Source: Candidatus Gottesmanbacteria bacterium (GTDB lineage Bacteria; Patescibacteriota; Microgenomatia; UBA10105; UBA927). From it: a stretch of DNA of 45,694 bases. Made by a program: the position numbers and the translations under genes. The notes under the pieces were generated by a model. It did not search any database. It was not told the DNA's origin and saw only the letters and a program-made list of their open reading frames with translations. The stretch lies in contig JAHFKK010000003.1 in NCBI GenBank assembly GCA_023245335.1, forward strand, positions 1 through 45,694, in the 5' to 3' direction. Each line of letters begins with the position of its first letter. Position 1 is the stretch's first letter. Of this stretch, positions 8,070-16,557 are shown piece after piece.

Positions 8070-8197
8070 TTCGCACCTCTCCTGTTTTGGTTGTTGATTC
8101 TTTTTTCACTCCCGGACACCCGCACTGCTCGGCCAGCCACTTGCGGAAATGCGGCAGGCACTCGGACTGCTTCGCACAATTGCGGCAGTTGGCGGGT

Positions 8198-8626
8198 TCA
8201 GGTTTCAAGGCTCTCCCACGTTCCATCTCTAATAAGCTTGCAGATACGCGGCCCACGTCGGCCAACCTGCTTGTACCAAGCCGAGTTTTCCAGATGATTG
8301 GCCGCAGCTAACCAGTCCTTCATTTTCAAGGCACCAAGAGTCCCGATGAATTTAAGAAATTTTGGAGTACCGAGATTATAAAGTAGATCCACAACAGCAC
8401 TGCGACGAACAGCATCAAGGTCAAGTCCCAACGTATCGTATGCTTTCTCGGCTTTGGCATATTCTTGACTGAATTTGTGTTCGTGCCATTCCTTGACTGT
8501 CTGGAATGATAACACAGGGTCGAGACAAAAGCCATAGCCGGTTGTGGGGTGGCCCTGACTATCCAAGTAGACACCCTCAACGTAGCCTTCGTGATTCTTG
8601 GTTAGGGCCAGGCCGGAATCTATCAT
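8198..8626 (-). CDS. Endolysin, GH24/T4-like lysozyme
   Basis: HEG...YLDSQGHPTTGYG catalytic E-x8-D-x5-T pattern; YNLG; SAWYKQVGRR. Confidence 0.92.
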   Translation of the reverse strand: MIDSGLALTKNHEGYVEGVYLDSQGHPTTGYGFCLDPVLSFQTVKEWHEHKFSQEYAKAEKAYDTLGLDLDAVRRSAVVDLLYNLGTPKFLKFIGTLGALKMKDWLAAANHLENSAWYKQVGRRGPRICKLIRDGTWESLET

Positions 8627-8638
8627 TTTATTTTCCCC

Positions 8639-8667
8639 TTGACATCAGGTTCGGGTTGATATATGAT
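8639..8667 (+). promoter_or_regulatory. Plus-strand sigma70 promoter
   Basis: TTGACA (8639-8644), 17 bp, TATGAT (8662-8667). Confidence 0.75.
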
Positions 8668-8672
8668 TTAAT

Positions 8673-8790
8673 CATTCTGTGGGCACCGTCCCCGGATTCC
8701 AATCACTCCCACATTGGCCAATGATGGAGGTGTATCATGCGAAAGTAAACTATTCTGTTCGGGAAGGCCGGATGAAAGTCCGGCCTTTTC
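8673..8790 (+). ncRNA. Putative antisense sRNA carrying a Met-Arg-Lys minigene
   Basis: Bounded by the promoter and terminator; GGAGG 8726-8730 and ATG CGA AAG TAA 8737-8748. Confidence 0.55.
8764..8790 (+). terminator. Rho-independent terminator
   Basis: AAGGCCGGA-tgaaag-TCCGGCCTT followed by TT. Confidence 0.8.
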
Positions 8791-9112
8791 ATTTCTTGCT
8801 CTTCTTAACTGGCAACGGATAGACTGGAATCTCAAAATGCGCCATTAACCGCTTTTGATTCTCGAAAAAAACTTCCTGGCTGATTTCAACTGCAATAAGG
8901 CGCTCAGTGTTGTTGATGCTCTTGAGTGCGTTCCATCCACCAAAACCAAGCAATAATGCAATAACAGGCCCGCCTATCCAGATGAATACCCAACGTGGGA
9001 GCATTGTTTTCTCCAGTAATTTTATATCTTCACAAGTGCCATCGTGAAACTGACATGTTCTGCGTTCAGATAAACTGCGCCGTTCGCTTCCGTCCCATTG
9101 ATTATTAGCCAT
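8789..9112 (-). CDS. Single-TM membrane protein (holin/antiholin candidate)
   Basis: WDGSERR N-terminus, one TM segment, directly upstream of the endolysin. Confidence 0.55.
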   Translation of the reverse strand: MANNQWDGSERRSLSERRTCQFHDGTCEDIKLLEKTMLPRWVFIWIGGPVIALLLGFGGWNALKSINNTERLIAVEISQEVFFENQKRLMAHFEIPVYPLPVKKSKK

Positions 9113-9122
9113 GACTAATTTC

Positions 9123-9542
9123 CTATGGTGTGATTGGACGCAACCCTGAAGGCATCAGTAACGCCAACCAATACTTGAATCCAAACGCTGTTCCGCCTTG
9201 GCAATTTGCCGGTATATCAGAACCAGAAATAGCGCTTTGAGAAACAGGATCAGTCCCTATATATCGGATTGCTGACACACCAAGGAAGTAAGAACCCTCA
9301 ATAGCAAAAGATATATTAGCCTGAAGGATAATTACCTCTGATCCAACCTTTTCCCATACGATAGCCGGAGTCATCTTCCGCCATGCCTGATACTTGATTG
9401 TACTTCCAGTGGGTATAGTTGTTCCATCACTCAGTTTCGTGACAGCGTCCCATCCAAAAGTGGCTTGATTGACGGGATACCAAGTTTGGGAGAATGACGG
9501 TACTGCCATAAGTAGAATTGCCACGATGATTAGCTTTTTCAT
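9123..9542 (-). CDS. Secreted FN3/Ig-like protein
   Basis: Signal peptide MKKLIIVAILLMAVPSFS; WDAV...Y...G.YFLGVSA...S FN3-like pattern. Confidence 0.65.
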   Translation of the reverse strand: MKKLIIVAILLMAVPSFSQTWYPVNQATFGWDAVTKLSDGTTIPTGSTIKYQAWRKMTPAIVWEKVGSEVIILQANISFAIEGSYFLGVSAIRYIGTDPVSQSAISGSDIPANCQGGTAFGFKYWLALLMPSGLRPITP

Positions 9543-9551
9543 TAATCCTCC

Positions 9552-11549
9552 TTAATAAATCGTCAGCGTATTTGTCCCACCGATGGTAACAGTTTGCGAC
9601 CCAGCGCCGAGTGACAGCGCCCTGCCGCCATATTCAAACGGCCCGATGTCGGGAGGTCCTTCTATCGGATTGCCTAAAATATCTGTGGTCAGCCCAACGT
9701 CTACACCGGCGTTGATTGCTGAAGAATTTGAGAACAAATGATAATTCGAATCTGTATAGGTTTTAGTGTAGGTCATGCTATCAACGGTGGCGTGGCTTGC
9801 TTTAAGACTGTTTGCAAAATCTTCAAAAAAACCCCACTCCACTCCTAATTTATTCCATTCATCCACCACATATAAAAATTCCTCAAGCGTCAAATCTGCT
9901 ACCATGTTGTGATAACTGATGTTGATGATTCCACCGTTAGCCACTGCATTAGCCCATACAATCCTTGCACCAGCGCGGATATGGGCCTCGTCCTTGGTTC
10001 CAACCAGGGGGATGTCTCCATCTCCAAGAGTGTCCAACTCAAATAAATTAACAGACGATAGACTATCATTCGACTGCCCGGTTGCCGCAGATCCAACATA
10101 TATGCCAGTGCTTAATAGATAATCTCCGAACGCCGTTACGGGGGTTGACGGAGTGGGATACACAAAGAAATAGGCCACATCTCGGCTAAGAAATCCACGA
10201 ATCGAGTTTCGGGCCGCAATAGACTCGTCATAAAACCATCGACTTGCCCCACTGTCATCGTCAAAACTAACTGAGCATGGAAACTCTGTGCAGGTCTGGT
10301 CCTTTAACGAAGACAAGCGGTAGTAACCAGACAGAAGCTTCAAATTCGTATAGGCCCATCCTTTTCCGGTTAAGGCGCTATTTAAATCCACACCATCCAT
10401 AGTGGCATCAGCAGACCAATCCAAAGTCACGTTATTTCCTGGGTTGCCTGTGCTGGTCAGCGTGAGTGTCTTGGCAACTCCGTTAATTGTCAACGTATTG
10501 GTTCCGCCGTTTGTGGTAGAAATAGAAAACACATCTGTTGGTACTGAAATCGAATTACCAGAACCACCACGAACCATGACCTTTAAAGTTCCATCATCAA
10601 TTAAAGCCTGAACGTCTGAAAGAGAGTATGGACCACCAACACAGTTATCAGTAGATGAGCCATTGGGAACGATGGTAGACTGCACGAAACTAAAGGACCC
10701 GTAATAACTCGCCTTGACTCCATACGATTTCAAAGCCTGTGCCATGCACACGGCAAAATTCTGATCATCGGCAAATCTTAAAAGCACCTTCGGCCTATGA
10801 GGATATTGATATGAAACAAACTTAGGGTCGCTGTTATCTGTGATCTTATTGTTTCCGCCATCTGTGCAAGTGCCGCTGCTGTATTCATAACAAGCAGAAA
10901 CGACAGAGGCTATAGACGGATCAAACGTGGCGGCCATAACCATATTATTAGAGTAAACAACTTCAGCCTGAGTAGCACGAATGGGAGAATAGGGACCACC
11001 AACTCCGAAAAAGATATTATTTGTAACTGTACCTGTATAGCCAGTACCCGAGACAGTCAACGCATATTGTGGAATTTTAACAAATAGATTATTAAAAATA
11101 GAGACATCAGCATTTTGGAACGTAGACCCAATCGTTGCCATGTCGCTGACGATATTATAGGCAAACACAACGCCTGATTTTTCGTAGGAGTAAATTGGTT
11201 TTATTTTAAACCACAGACCATAGGCTGTCTGATTGGCGGCAAGAACTTCATAGGAATAGTTTGCATCCCCTGTGAAAATGGGAGGATTCCCAATACCATA
11301 CGCACCAAATTTTAGTCCTGCCTTATTGACTGCTAATTTTTCAGCCCATGTTTCCCCACGTTTAAATAGCGCCCAATCGCCAGATTGCAACGTAGCCGTC
11401 TTGGATGCTAATCCAGCCACGGTCTGCCAGGGATGGTCTATCGAACCATCATTGCCATTGTCGCCACTTGTTGCATCAACATAATAGTTGGCAGCACCGG
11501 CTAAAAAGGGCAATAGCAATAATAGTATTATTCGGATCAGAATCCCCAT
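9552..11549 (-). CDS. Secreted parallel beta-helix protein with an inserted deacetylase-like domain
   Basis: Signal peptide; YYVDATSGDNGNDGS..HPWQT, FKRGETW, NNIF repeats; RFADD...SYH; C-terminal YHL..SSAINAG...PDIGPFEY. Confidence 0.7.
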   Translation of the reverse strand: MGILIRIILLLLLPFLAGAANYYVDATSGDNGNDGSIDHPWQTVAGLASKTATLQSGDWALFKRGETWAEKLAVNKAGLKFGAYGIGNPPIFTGDANYSYEVLAANQTAYGLWFKIKPIYSYEKSGVVFAYNIVSDMATIGSTFQNADVSIFNNLFVKIPQYALTVSGTGYTGTVTNNIFFGVGGPYSPIRATQAEVVYSNNMVMAATFDPSIASVVSACYEYSSGTCTDGGNNKITDNSDPKFVSYQYPHRPKVLLRFADDQNFAVCMAQALKSYGVKASYYGSFSFVQSTIVPNGSSTDNCVGGPYSLSDVQALIDDGTLKVMVRGGSGNSISVPTDVFSISTTNGGTNTLTINGVAKTLTLTSTGNPGNNVTLDWSADATMDGVDLNSALTGKGWAYTNLKLLSGYYRLSSLKDQTCTEFPCSVSFDDDSGASRWFYDESIAARNSIRGFLSRDVAYFFVYPTPSTPVTAFGDYLLSTGIYVGSAATGQSNDSLSSVNLFELDTLGDGDIPLVGTKDEAHIRAGARIVWANAVANGGIINISYHNMVADLTLEEFLYVVDEWNKLGVEWGFFEDFANSLKASHATVDSMTYTKTYTDSNYHLFSNSSAINAGVDVGLTTDILGNPIEGPPDIGPFEYGGRALSLGAGSQTVTIGGTNTLTIY

Positions 11550-12646
11550 GCACCACCGCCAACCGCTCCACCAGATAGAGTCCCGGTATAAGATGCACTA
11601 CCATCCCAACCATAAGTAGTGCCTGTTTCAACGTCCTCTATATTTGGTACTATTGCGGCATATTTATAGTCCGTTCCCCCGTTCCATAGTTTTATATATC
11701 TAAAATCTGAATACAGTGTTCCTGGAGTCCATTTAACTTTACCCCAAATTCCAGTAGATGTAGGAGTATTTTCTACACTACCAACTAAATCAATATATCC
11801 AGTGCTTGTCGTATCTCCATAGCATCCCGTATTTCTAATATGACTCCCACCAATACATTTTCCATTAACTGTTAAAATCCCGGTGGAACTATTGTTATAA
11901 CACCCATGACTACTATTACCAGATCCGCCTATACAATTTCCGTTGAGAGTCAAATTCCATGATCCAGCATGTATCAAACCATAGGCTGTGCCTCCACTAC
12001 CTCCTGTAATGTTACCATTTATGATTACTGTACCAGCATTTGCACCTGCGGTTTGTATGACCTGACCGAAATTAGATGCACCCGCTGTTCCGGTGCAATA
12101 AATAGTAGCACTCGACGGTGATGTATAGTTTAGAAAGATAGTATTATTAGACCCCGCTCCCCCAGTTCCAGATAGGGTGACTGGATTGCCAGATGATCCA
12201 ACATTAAATGTGATATTGGCACCATTTACAAATATTCCATCGGCACCATTGGCCGATCCTCCTGTGATCGTCACACCACCAGGAATAGTGACGGTCCCAC
12301 CGGTTATAACCAGGCAGTCAGTGGTTCCTCCTGTTATATTGGCAGTCACCGTAATCGTGCCGGTGGTGATGGTAAAACCGCCGCCAGACGTAGCCGTGGA
12401 TAAAGTGACCGCTGAACCGCTAACTCCAGGATCAACATCAACCACGATTCCTGTTTGTGCGTTAGCGACAAATACATCTCCGGCAGAGCGTAAGGCCCAT
12501 ACTAAGGGAGTACCGCCACCACCTGAAGCATCATTCCAGTTTCGGGTGGACATATTTCCTGATCCGTCTTGGGCATACCAAGTCGTCGCCCAAAGCGGAG
12601 AAGCAAGTAAAAAAATTGCGATGATTGCAAGTAATATTCTTTTCAT
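11537..12646 (-). CDS. Secreted Gly/Thr-rich beta-solenoid, tail-fibre/adhesin-like
   Basis: Signal peptide ending LWA; repeated (I/V)NGN(I/C)xGG; C-terminal DVETGTTYG..YTGTL. Confidence 0.65.
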   Translation of the reverse strand: MKRILLAIIAIFLLASPLWATTWYAQDGSGNMSTRNWNDASGGGGTPLVWALRSAGDVFVANAQTGIVVDVDPGVSGSAVTLSTATSGGGFTITTGTITVTANITGGTTDCLVITGGTVTIPGGVTITGGSANGADGIFVNGANITFNVGSSGNPVTLSGTGGAGSNNTIFLNYTSPSSATIYCTGTAGASNFGQVIQTAGANAGTVIINGNITGGSGGTAYGLIHAGSWNLTLNGNCIGGSGNSSHGCYNNSSTGILTVNGKCIGGSHIRNTGCYGDTTSTGYIDLVGSVENTPTSTGIWGKVKWTPGTLYSDFRYIKLWNGGTDYKYAAIVPNIEDVETGTTYGWDGSASYTGTLSGGAVGGGAWGF

Positions 12647-12655
12647 ATTCGCCTC

Positions 12656-13609
12656 CTATTTCGTACCATATATGGTCAGCGAAATCCACGTTGAAACAGC
12701 ATTTGTGGCAACTGCTGCACATATGATGTCATTCGCCGCAACTGATTTTGTCCACCCGGTTAGTGTTTCATCATTTGCCGCAACCTTATTATCGGCAACC
12801 GTAGGAGGCGCAGAAGCATCTATGTCAGTTGTCGGAAGGGTTGTGTCGCTAAAGGCATCCTTGGTCATGGCGAGTATTGTACCACCTGCGCCGGGGTCTT
12901 GGTCAATCACCATCGTATACCCGGTTATGGTAGCAGCGTAAGGGATACAGGTGCACCGCTTTGAACCAGACGTAGCGACTGCCGAGCCTCCTCCGTCCCA
13001 CGCAAAAGAGGCGAGTTTTTCGGCCTTGACGAGAGCAATAGTTCCCGTAGCGGCCGGAAGTGTTATTGTCACATCTGCCGTGGATGCTGGTCCTATCAAC
13101 CGAACGTAATTTGTCCCGTTGTCGCTGTCTTCCTTGAAATCTATATACCCCGGTCCAGTGCTACCATTGTTAAGAATAGGGCCGACAGGAGGCAGATAAT
13201 CCGTGTTGCTTGTAGCCGCGCTGAATGCCCCGGAGGTGCCTTTAATCAGGCCCGTGAGCGTTGACACAACCAGATTGCCGCTTGCATCCGACTCGATGCC
13301 CTTGGAGACAGTGAAACCACCAAAGGTCAATCCGGTAAGCGAATTTGTAGCCTCCATCACGGCAGTGGCATTGAGCTTGATAAGGTAGTTCTCCCCGGTA
13401 AGCCCGTGCGCTTTGGTAATTAGATTAGCAGCCGTTACTTTCCTGTTTGCAGGTGTACCCGCAGGGTCGTTCACCGTAGGTATTAAATCGTCACTGGTAG
13501 GACTGGTATCTGCCGTCATAGCAGAAATTTTCGTATCAGCGGCATAGGCCATAGAAGCAAATGCCGCGACCCACAAAGCCACACATAATGCCGCTAATAG
13601 TTTTCTCAT
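12656..13609 (-). CDS. Tail-fibre-like protein with a signal peptide
   Basis: Signal peptide ending AYA; ADTKISAMTA..D.IP.V; FKEDSDNGTNYV.L.GPA...DVTITLPAATGT; WTKSVAANDII. Confidence 0.7.
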   Translation of the reverse strand: MRKLLAALCVALWVAAFASMAYAADTKISAMTADTSPTSDDLIPTVNDPAGTPANRKVTAANLITKAHGLTGENYLIKLNATAVMEATNSLTGLTFGGFTVSKGIESDASGNLVVSTLTGLIKGTSGAFSAATSNTDYLPPVGPILNNGSTGPGYIDFKEDSDNGTNYVRLIGPASTADVTITLPAATGTIALVKAEKLASFAWDGGGSAVATSGSKRCTCIPYAATITGYTMVIDQDPGAGGTILAMTKDAFSDTTLPTTDIDASAPPTVADNKVAANDETLTGWTKSVAANDIICAAVATNAVSTWISLTIYGTK

Positions 13610-13611
13610 TA

Positions 13612-13809
13612 CTAAACCTCCAATAAAATTTTATCCGTATTATTTTCTAAAAGAATAAAATCCGATCCGCTCTCCATTAACAGCGCGTCGCCTGCCTCTA
13701 TTGGTGGAGTGCTAGGCCGATCAATGGTATCTCGAAAGAAGTCAAAAAAGTCAGCGTTGGCCGCCACGGCTAAAGTAAAAATAATCAAAAATATTATTAC
13801 ATAGCGCAT
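13612..13809 (-). CDS. Small secreted protein with tail-associated LLxE repeats
   Basis: Signal peptide ending ANA; ALLMESGSDFILLENNTDKILLE. Confidence 0.65.
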   Translation of the reverse strand: MRYVIIFLIIFTLAVAANADFFDFFRDTIDRPSTPPIEAGDALLMESGSDFILLENNTDKILLEV

Positions 13810-13837
13810 GGTTTATTTCCTCAATGTATTCGACTAT

Positions 13838-14143
13838 TCAACCGCCAATGTCTCTTTCGGAATACTCAACATAGTACCACCCGCCGCCCGTTATCTCACA
13901 ATATAGACCGTTATTGGCTCTGGTAGGCGGCGTCACATTTCGACCGCCGTATTGTGAAGCGCCCGGTACGGTCCAGCCCCCAATCTGCTTTCCGTTGTTG
14001 GCGGCCGTAGCCGAGTCAAAAATAGTTACCGTACAATTATTAGCCCCGTCAGTATGCACGGATACACCACATAGGGCGCACTTACGGGCAATGATGATGG
14101 CATTGTTATTTTGCCTTCCTGAACTTGTGCTAATGATAGACAT
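13838..14143 (-). CDS. Small Asn-rich beta protein, probably virion-associated
   Basis: Start MSIISTS; TVTIFDSATAA...ANNGLYCEITG motif; four NN/NNN runs. Confidence 0.65.
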   Translation of the reverse strand: MSIISTSSGRQNNNAIIIARKCALCGVSVHTDGANNCTVTIFDSATAANNGKQIGGWTVPGASQYGGRNVTPPTRANNGLYCEITGGGWYYVEYSERDIGG

Positions 14144-14147
14144 TTTC

Positions 14148-15083
14148 TTAACCCTCCACCCGATTGATAAATTGATAGTGTTCATAAGTCCTGCGTATCC
14201 CCGTAGGCAAAGATATGACCGGGGACCAGTTCAATTCTTTCTTCGCCCTCCCGATATCAGGAACCTTGCGGGCCTTGGCGTGAATAGCGGAAGTGGTGCG
14301 ATTGTTGCTCATGGTGCCATCCACCGAAATCACGCAAACCGAACCTCCTGGCTGCTCGTAGCAAATAGATGCCTGGGCGTGTAAGACACCAATCATGGTC
14401 ATCGCCAAACGTTCGATAGTGATTCCAACCGGGTCGCCAATCTCCACCACCCCCGAGACATCGGACAGCATGAGCAGAGTGAGTGCCTTTATGGCATCAT
14501 CGACGTAGCAGAACGAATCCATCTGCTGCCCGTCTCCCCAAACCGAAATCGGTTTACCGTCCCGAATGTTGCGGCAGAAAGTCGGAATTACCCGACTGTC
14601 ATCGGGGGCCATGCGAGGGCCGTAGATGTTCCCCATGCGTGCAATCTTGGCTCCCGCCGCTTGGCATAAGCGCTCACCTTCACGCTTACCGGCGATGTAG
14701 GTTGATTTGAACGAAAGTTCGTCACTGACCTTGATTGACGATGCAAACAGGAAGCGCGCACGATAGAACGCGGCCAAGTCGAGAAGCCATTCGGTGACGC
14801 GGGTATTGACATCCAACGTCATACCGGGGTGCTTGTAGGTTTCGGCTGGAGCGGTTGGGCTGGCAAAATGGAAAATGCCGTCCACCGGAATAGTCGGTAA
14901 GTCTCCACTGCACAGGTCGGACTCGATGAACTGGAACCGTGGGCAGTTCAGAAGGAACTCGATGTTTTCCTTCCGTCCGATAATACAGGAATCCATGCCG
15001 ATGACTTCATGCCCCTGCGCCAATAGGGTTTCACAGAGATGTGAACCTATAAAGCCACTTGCTCCGGTGACAAGAAATTTCAT
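14148..15083 (-). CDS. NAD-dependent epimerase/dehydratase, UDP-glucuronate decarboxylase (UXS)-like
   Basis: TGASGFIG, HFASP, YIAGK (YxxxK), NIYGPRM..DDSRVIPTF, GDGQQMDSFCYVDD. Confidence 0.9.
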   Translation of the reverse strand: MKFLVTGASGFIGSHLCETLLAQGHEVIGMDSCIIGRKENIEFLLNCPRFQFIESDLCSGDLPTIPVDGIFHFASPTAPAETYKHPGMTLDVNTRVTEWLLDLAAFYRARFLFASSIKVSDELSFKSTYIAGKREGERLCQAAGAKIARMGNIYGPRMAPDDSRVIPTFCRNIRDGKPISVWGDGQQMDSFCYVDDAIKALTLLMLSDVSGVVEIGDPVGITIERLAMTMIGVLHAQASICYEQPGGSVCVISVDGTMSNNRTTSAIHAKARKVPDIGRAKKELNWSPVISLPTGIRRTYEHYQFINRVEG

Positions 15084-16012
15084 GTTCCGAACCTTTCATT
15101 GATGGTTTCGAGGATTGACTTCTCCGGCCGCTCCATGCCCTGTCCATGTTTCATGTGGGCGGTCCAGGTGTTGCATTCGTTGATGATGAGAAACATGCCG
15201 TACTTCCCGGCGCAGCGATTGCGGTAATCGTAATCCTTGTACGCCGCCATTTTCGGCCATTCCGTGACCCGCGATAAATCGTGTATTTTGAACCGCTCCG
15301 GGTGTCGCACCTTGTCTTTCAGCATTTCGTAGTTGCCGGGGGAGATATCGTCGAAGTGCTGGACACTCGGACGTAGAGCAAGAGGGGCGGGCATACCGCA
15401 GCGCGGGCACCACTTCTCCATCTGCTCGATGTAGTCCTTTGGCGTCCGCATCCACCATTCAGGCTCTACCGTCCAGCCCTCACCCTCTCCCCACAGCATC
15501 GCCATATTGGCCGCCACTTCACAAAACCAAGCCCCGCGAAGGTTGATGGACGCACACCATGAGTTATGCACCCAACAGTTTTCAATCAGGTTCCACATTT
15601 TTCTGCGGTTCGGCTCCACTTCCTGAATCGCCACCAAGGAGGGCCAGTGATAAATGTCCGGCCGCTTATGGTCGTTAACGTAGACATGGTAGAACGTGTC
15701 GCAAATGCGTTGCGCATGGCGCTCGTAGCCCTTCGGAAGCGTAGTCCACAACCCAAGTTCGTGCGAAGTGCGCTTGCTTGCGGCATAGGCGCAAATCTCG
15801 TCGAAGTCGGGATGGAGCACCGGGTCTCCGCCCATAATGCCAGTGAAACTCGGATAACCGATTGTGGAATCAATGGCCCGCTTCACATCCTCAAGCGGCA
15901 TGAAATATTGGTCTTTGATTATGGCACAATAGCGTGTGCAGTTCCCGCATTTCTCGGGGCACTTATTGGTAATATCGATTTGGATTCCGTCCATTTGGCA
16001 AATACACTTCAA
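15080..16012 (-). CDS. Radical SAM enzyme
   Basis: CPEKCGNC (CxxxCxxC), MGGDP, C-terminal Cys cluster (CW..WC..FCE..CPRC); probable TTG start overlapping the upstream stop. Confidence 0.88.
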   Translation of the reverse strand: MKCICQMDGIQIDITNKCPEKCGNCTRYCAIIKDQYFMPLEDVKRAIDSTIGYPSFTGIMGGDPVLHPDFDEICAYAASKRTSHELGLWTTLPKGYERHAQRICDTFYHVYVNDHKRPDIYHWPSLVAIQEVEPNRRKMWNLIENCWVHNSWCASINLRGAWFCEVAANMAMLWGEGEGWTVEPEWWMRTPKDYIEQMEKWCPRCGMPAPLALRPSVQHFDDISPGNYEMLKDKVRHPERFKIHDLSRVTEWPKMAAYKDYDYRNRCAGKYGMFLIINECNTWTAHMKHGQGMERPEKSILETINERFGT

Positions 16013-16557
16013 ACTGAACCTTCCTTTCTCATGTCGTAGCTCCAAAGTGAGCCGTCATGTTTAACGTAATCCACTTTCATGTCCTGGAGGGCCGGCATAA
16101 CCCCGCCTTGATTAAGGTCGTGTCCGCACAGAATACACCGGCAAACCGGCATCCAGGCTTTCAGGTCGGCCAAAACACTTTCCCGGCCGTGGCATCCGTC
16201 GATGAATACCATATCAATCGATTTGGGAGCGAAGAAAGCGGCCGCCGCCGAGCTATCCATCCTGATAGGCACAAGATTTTTGAATTGCCCGACATTCCCC
16301 CAAAATTGAGCGAAAATATCCTGTGTCACGGCATCGGCGTGCGTCCCATTGATTTCGTCGGGAGAACCTTTCCAGGTATCCACGGCGAAAACAGGCCCCT
16401 TGCAACCGGACAAAAGCGCGGACGTGCTACGGCCTCTCCAGGAACCCACTTCGACCACCGACGCCATCTCAAGCGCAGTCGTGTAAAGCCAGTTCAATTC
16501 CTTTTCGTCCATCCAGCCGTCAATCGCCGGGTTGGGAATGATATAGGTTTCGCTCAT
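16009..16557 (-). CDS. Class I SAM-dependent methyltransferase (Methyltransf_24-like)
   Basis: IDGWM...VVEVGSWRGRST, AVDTW, DMVFIDGCH, LCGHD; start MSETYII. Confidence 0.9.
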   Translation of the reverse strand: MSETYIIPNPAIDGWMDEKELNWLYTTALEMASVVEVGSWRGRSTSALLSGCKGPVFAVDTWKGSPDEINGTHADAVTQDIFAQFWGNVGQFKNLVPIRMDSSAAAAFFAPKSIDMVFIDGCHGRESVLADLKAWMPVCRCILCGHDLNQGGVMPALQDMKVDYVKHDGSLWSYDMRKEGSV

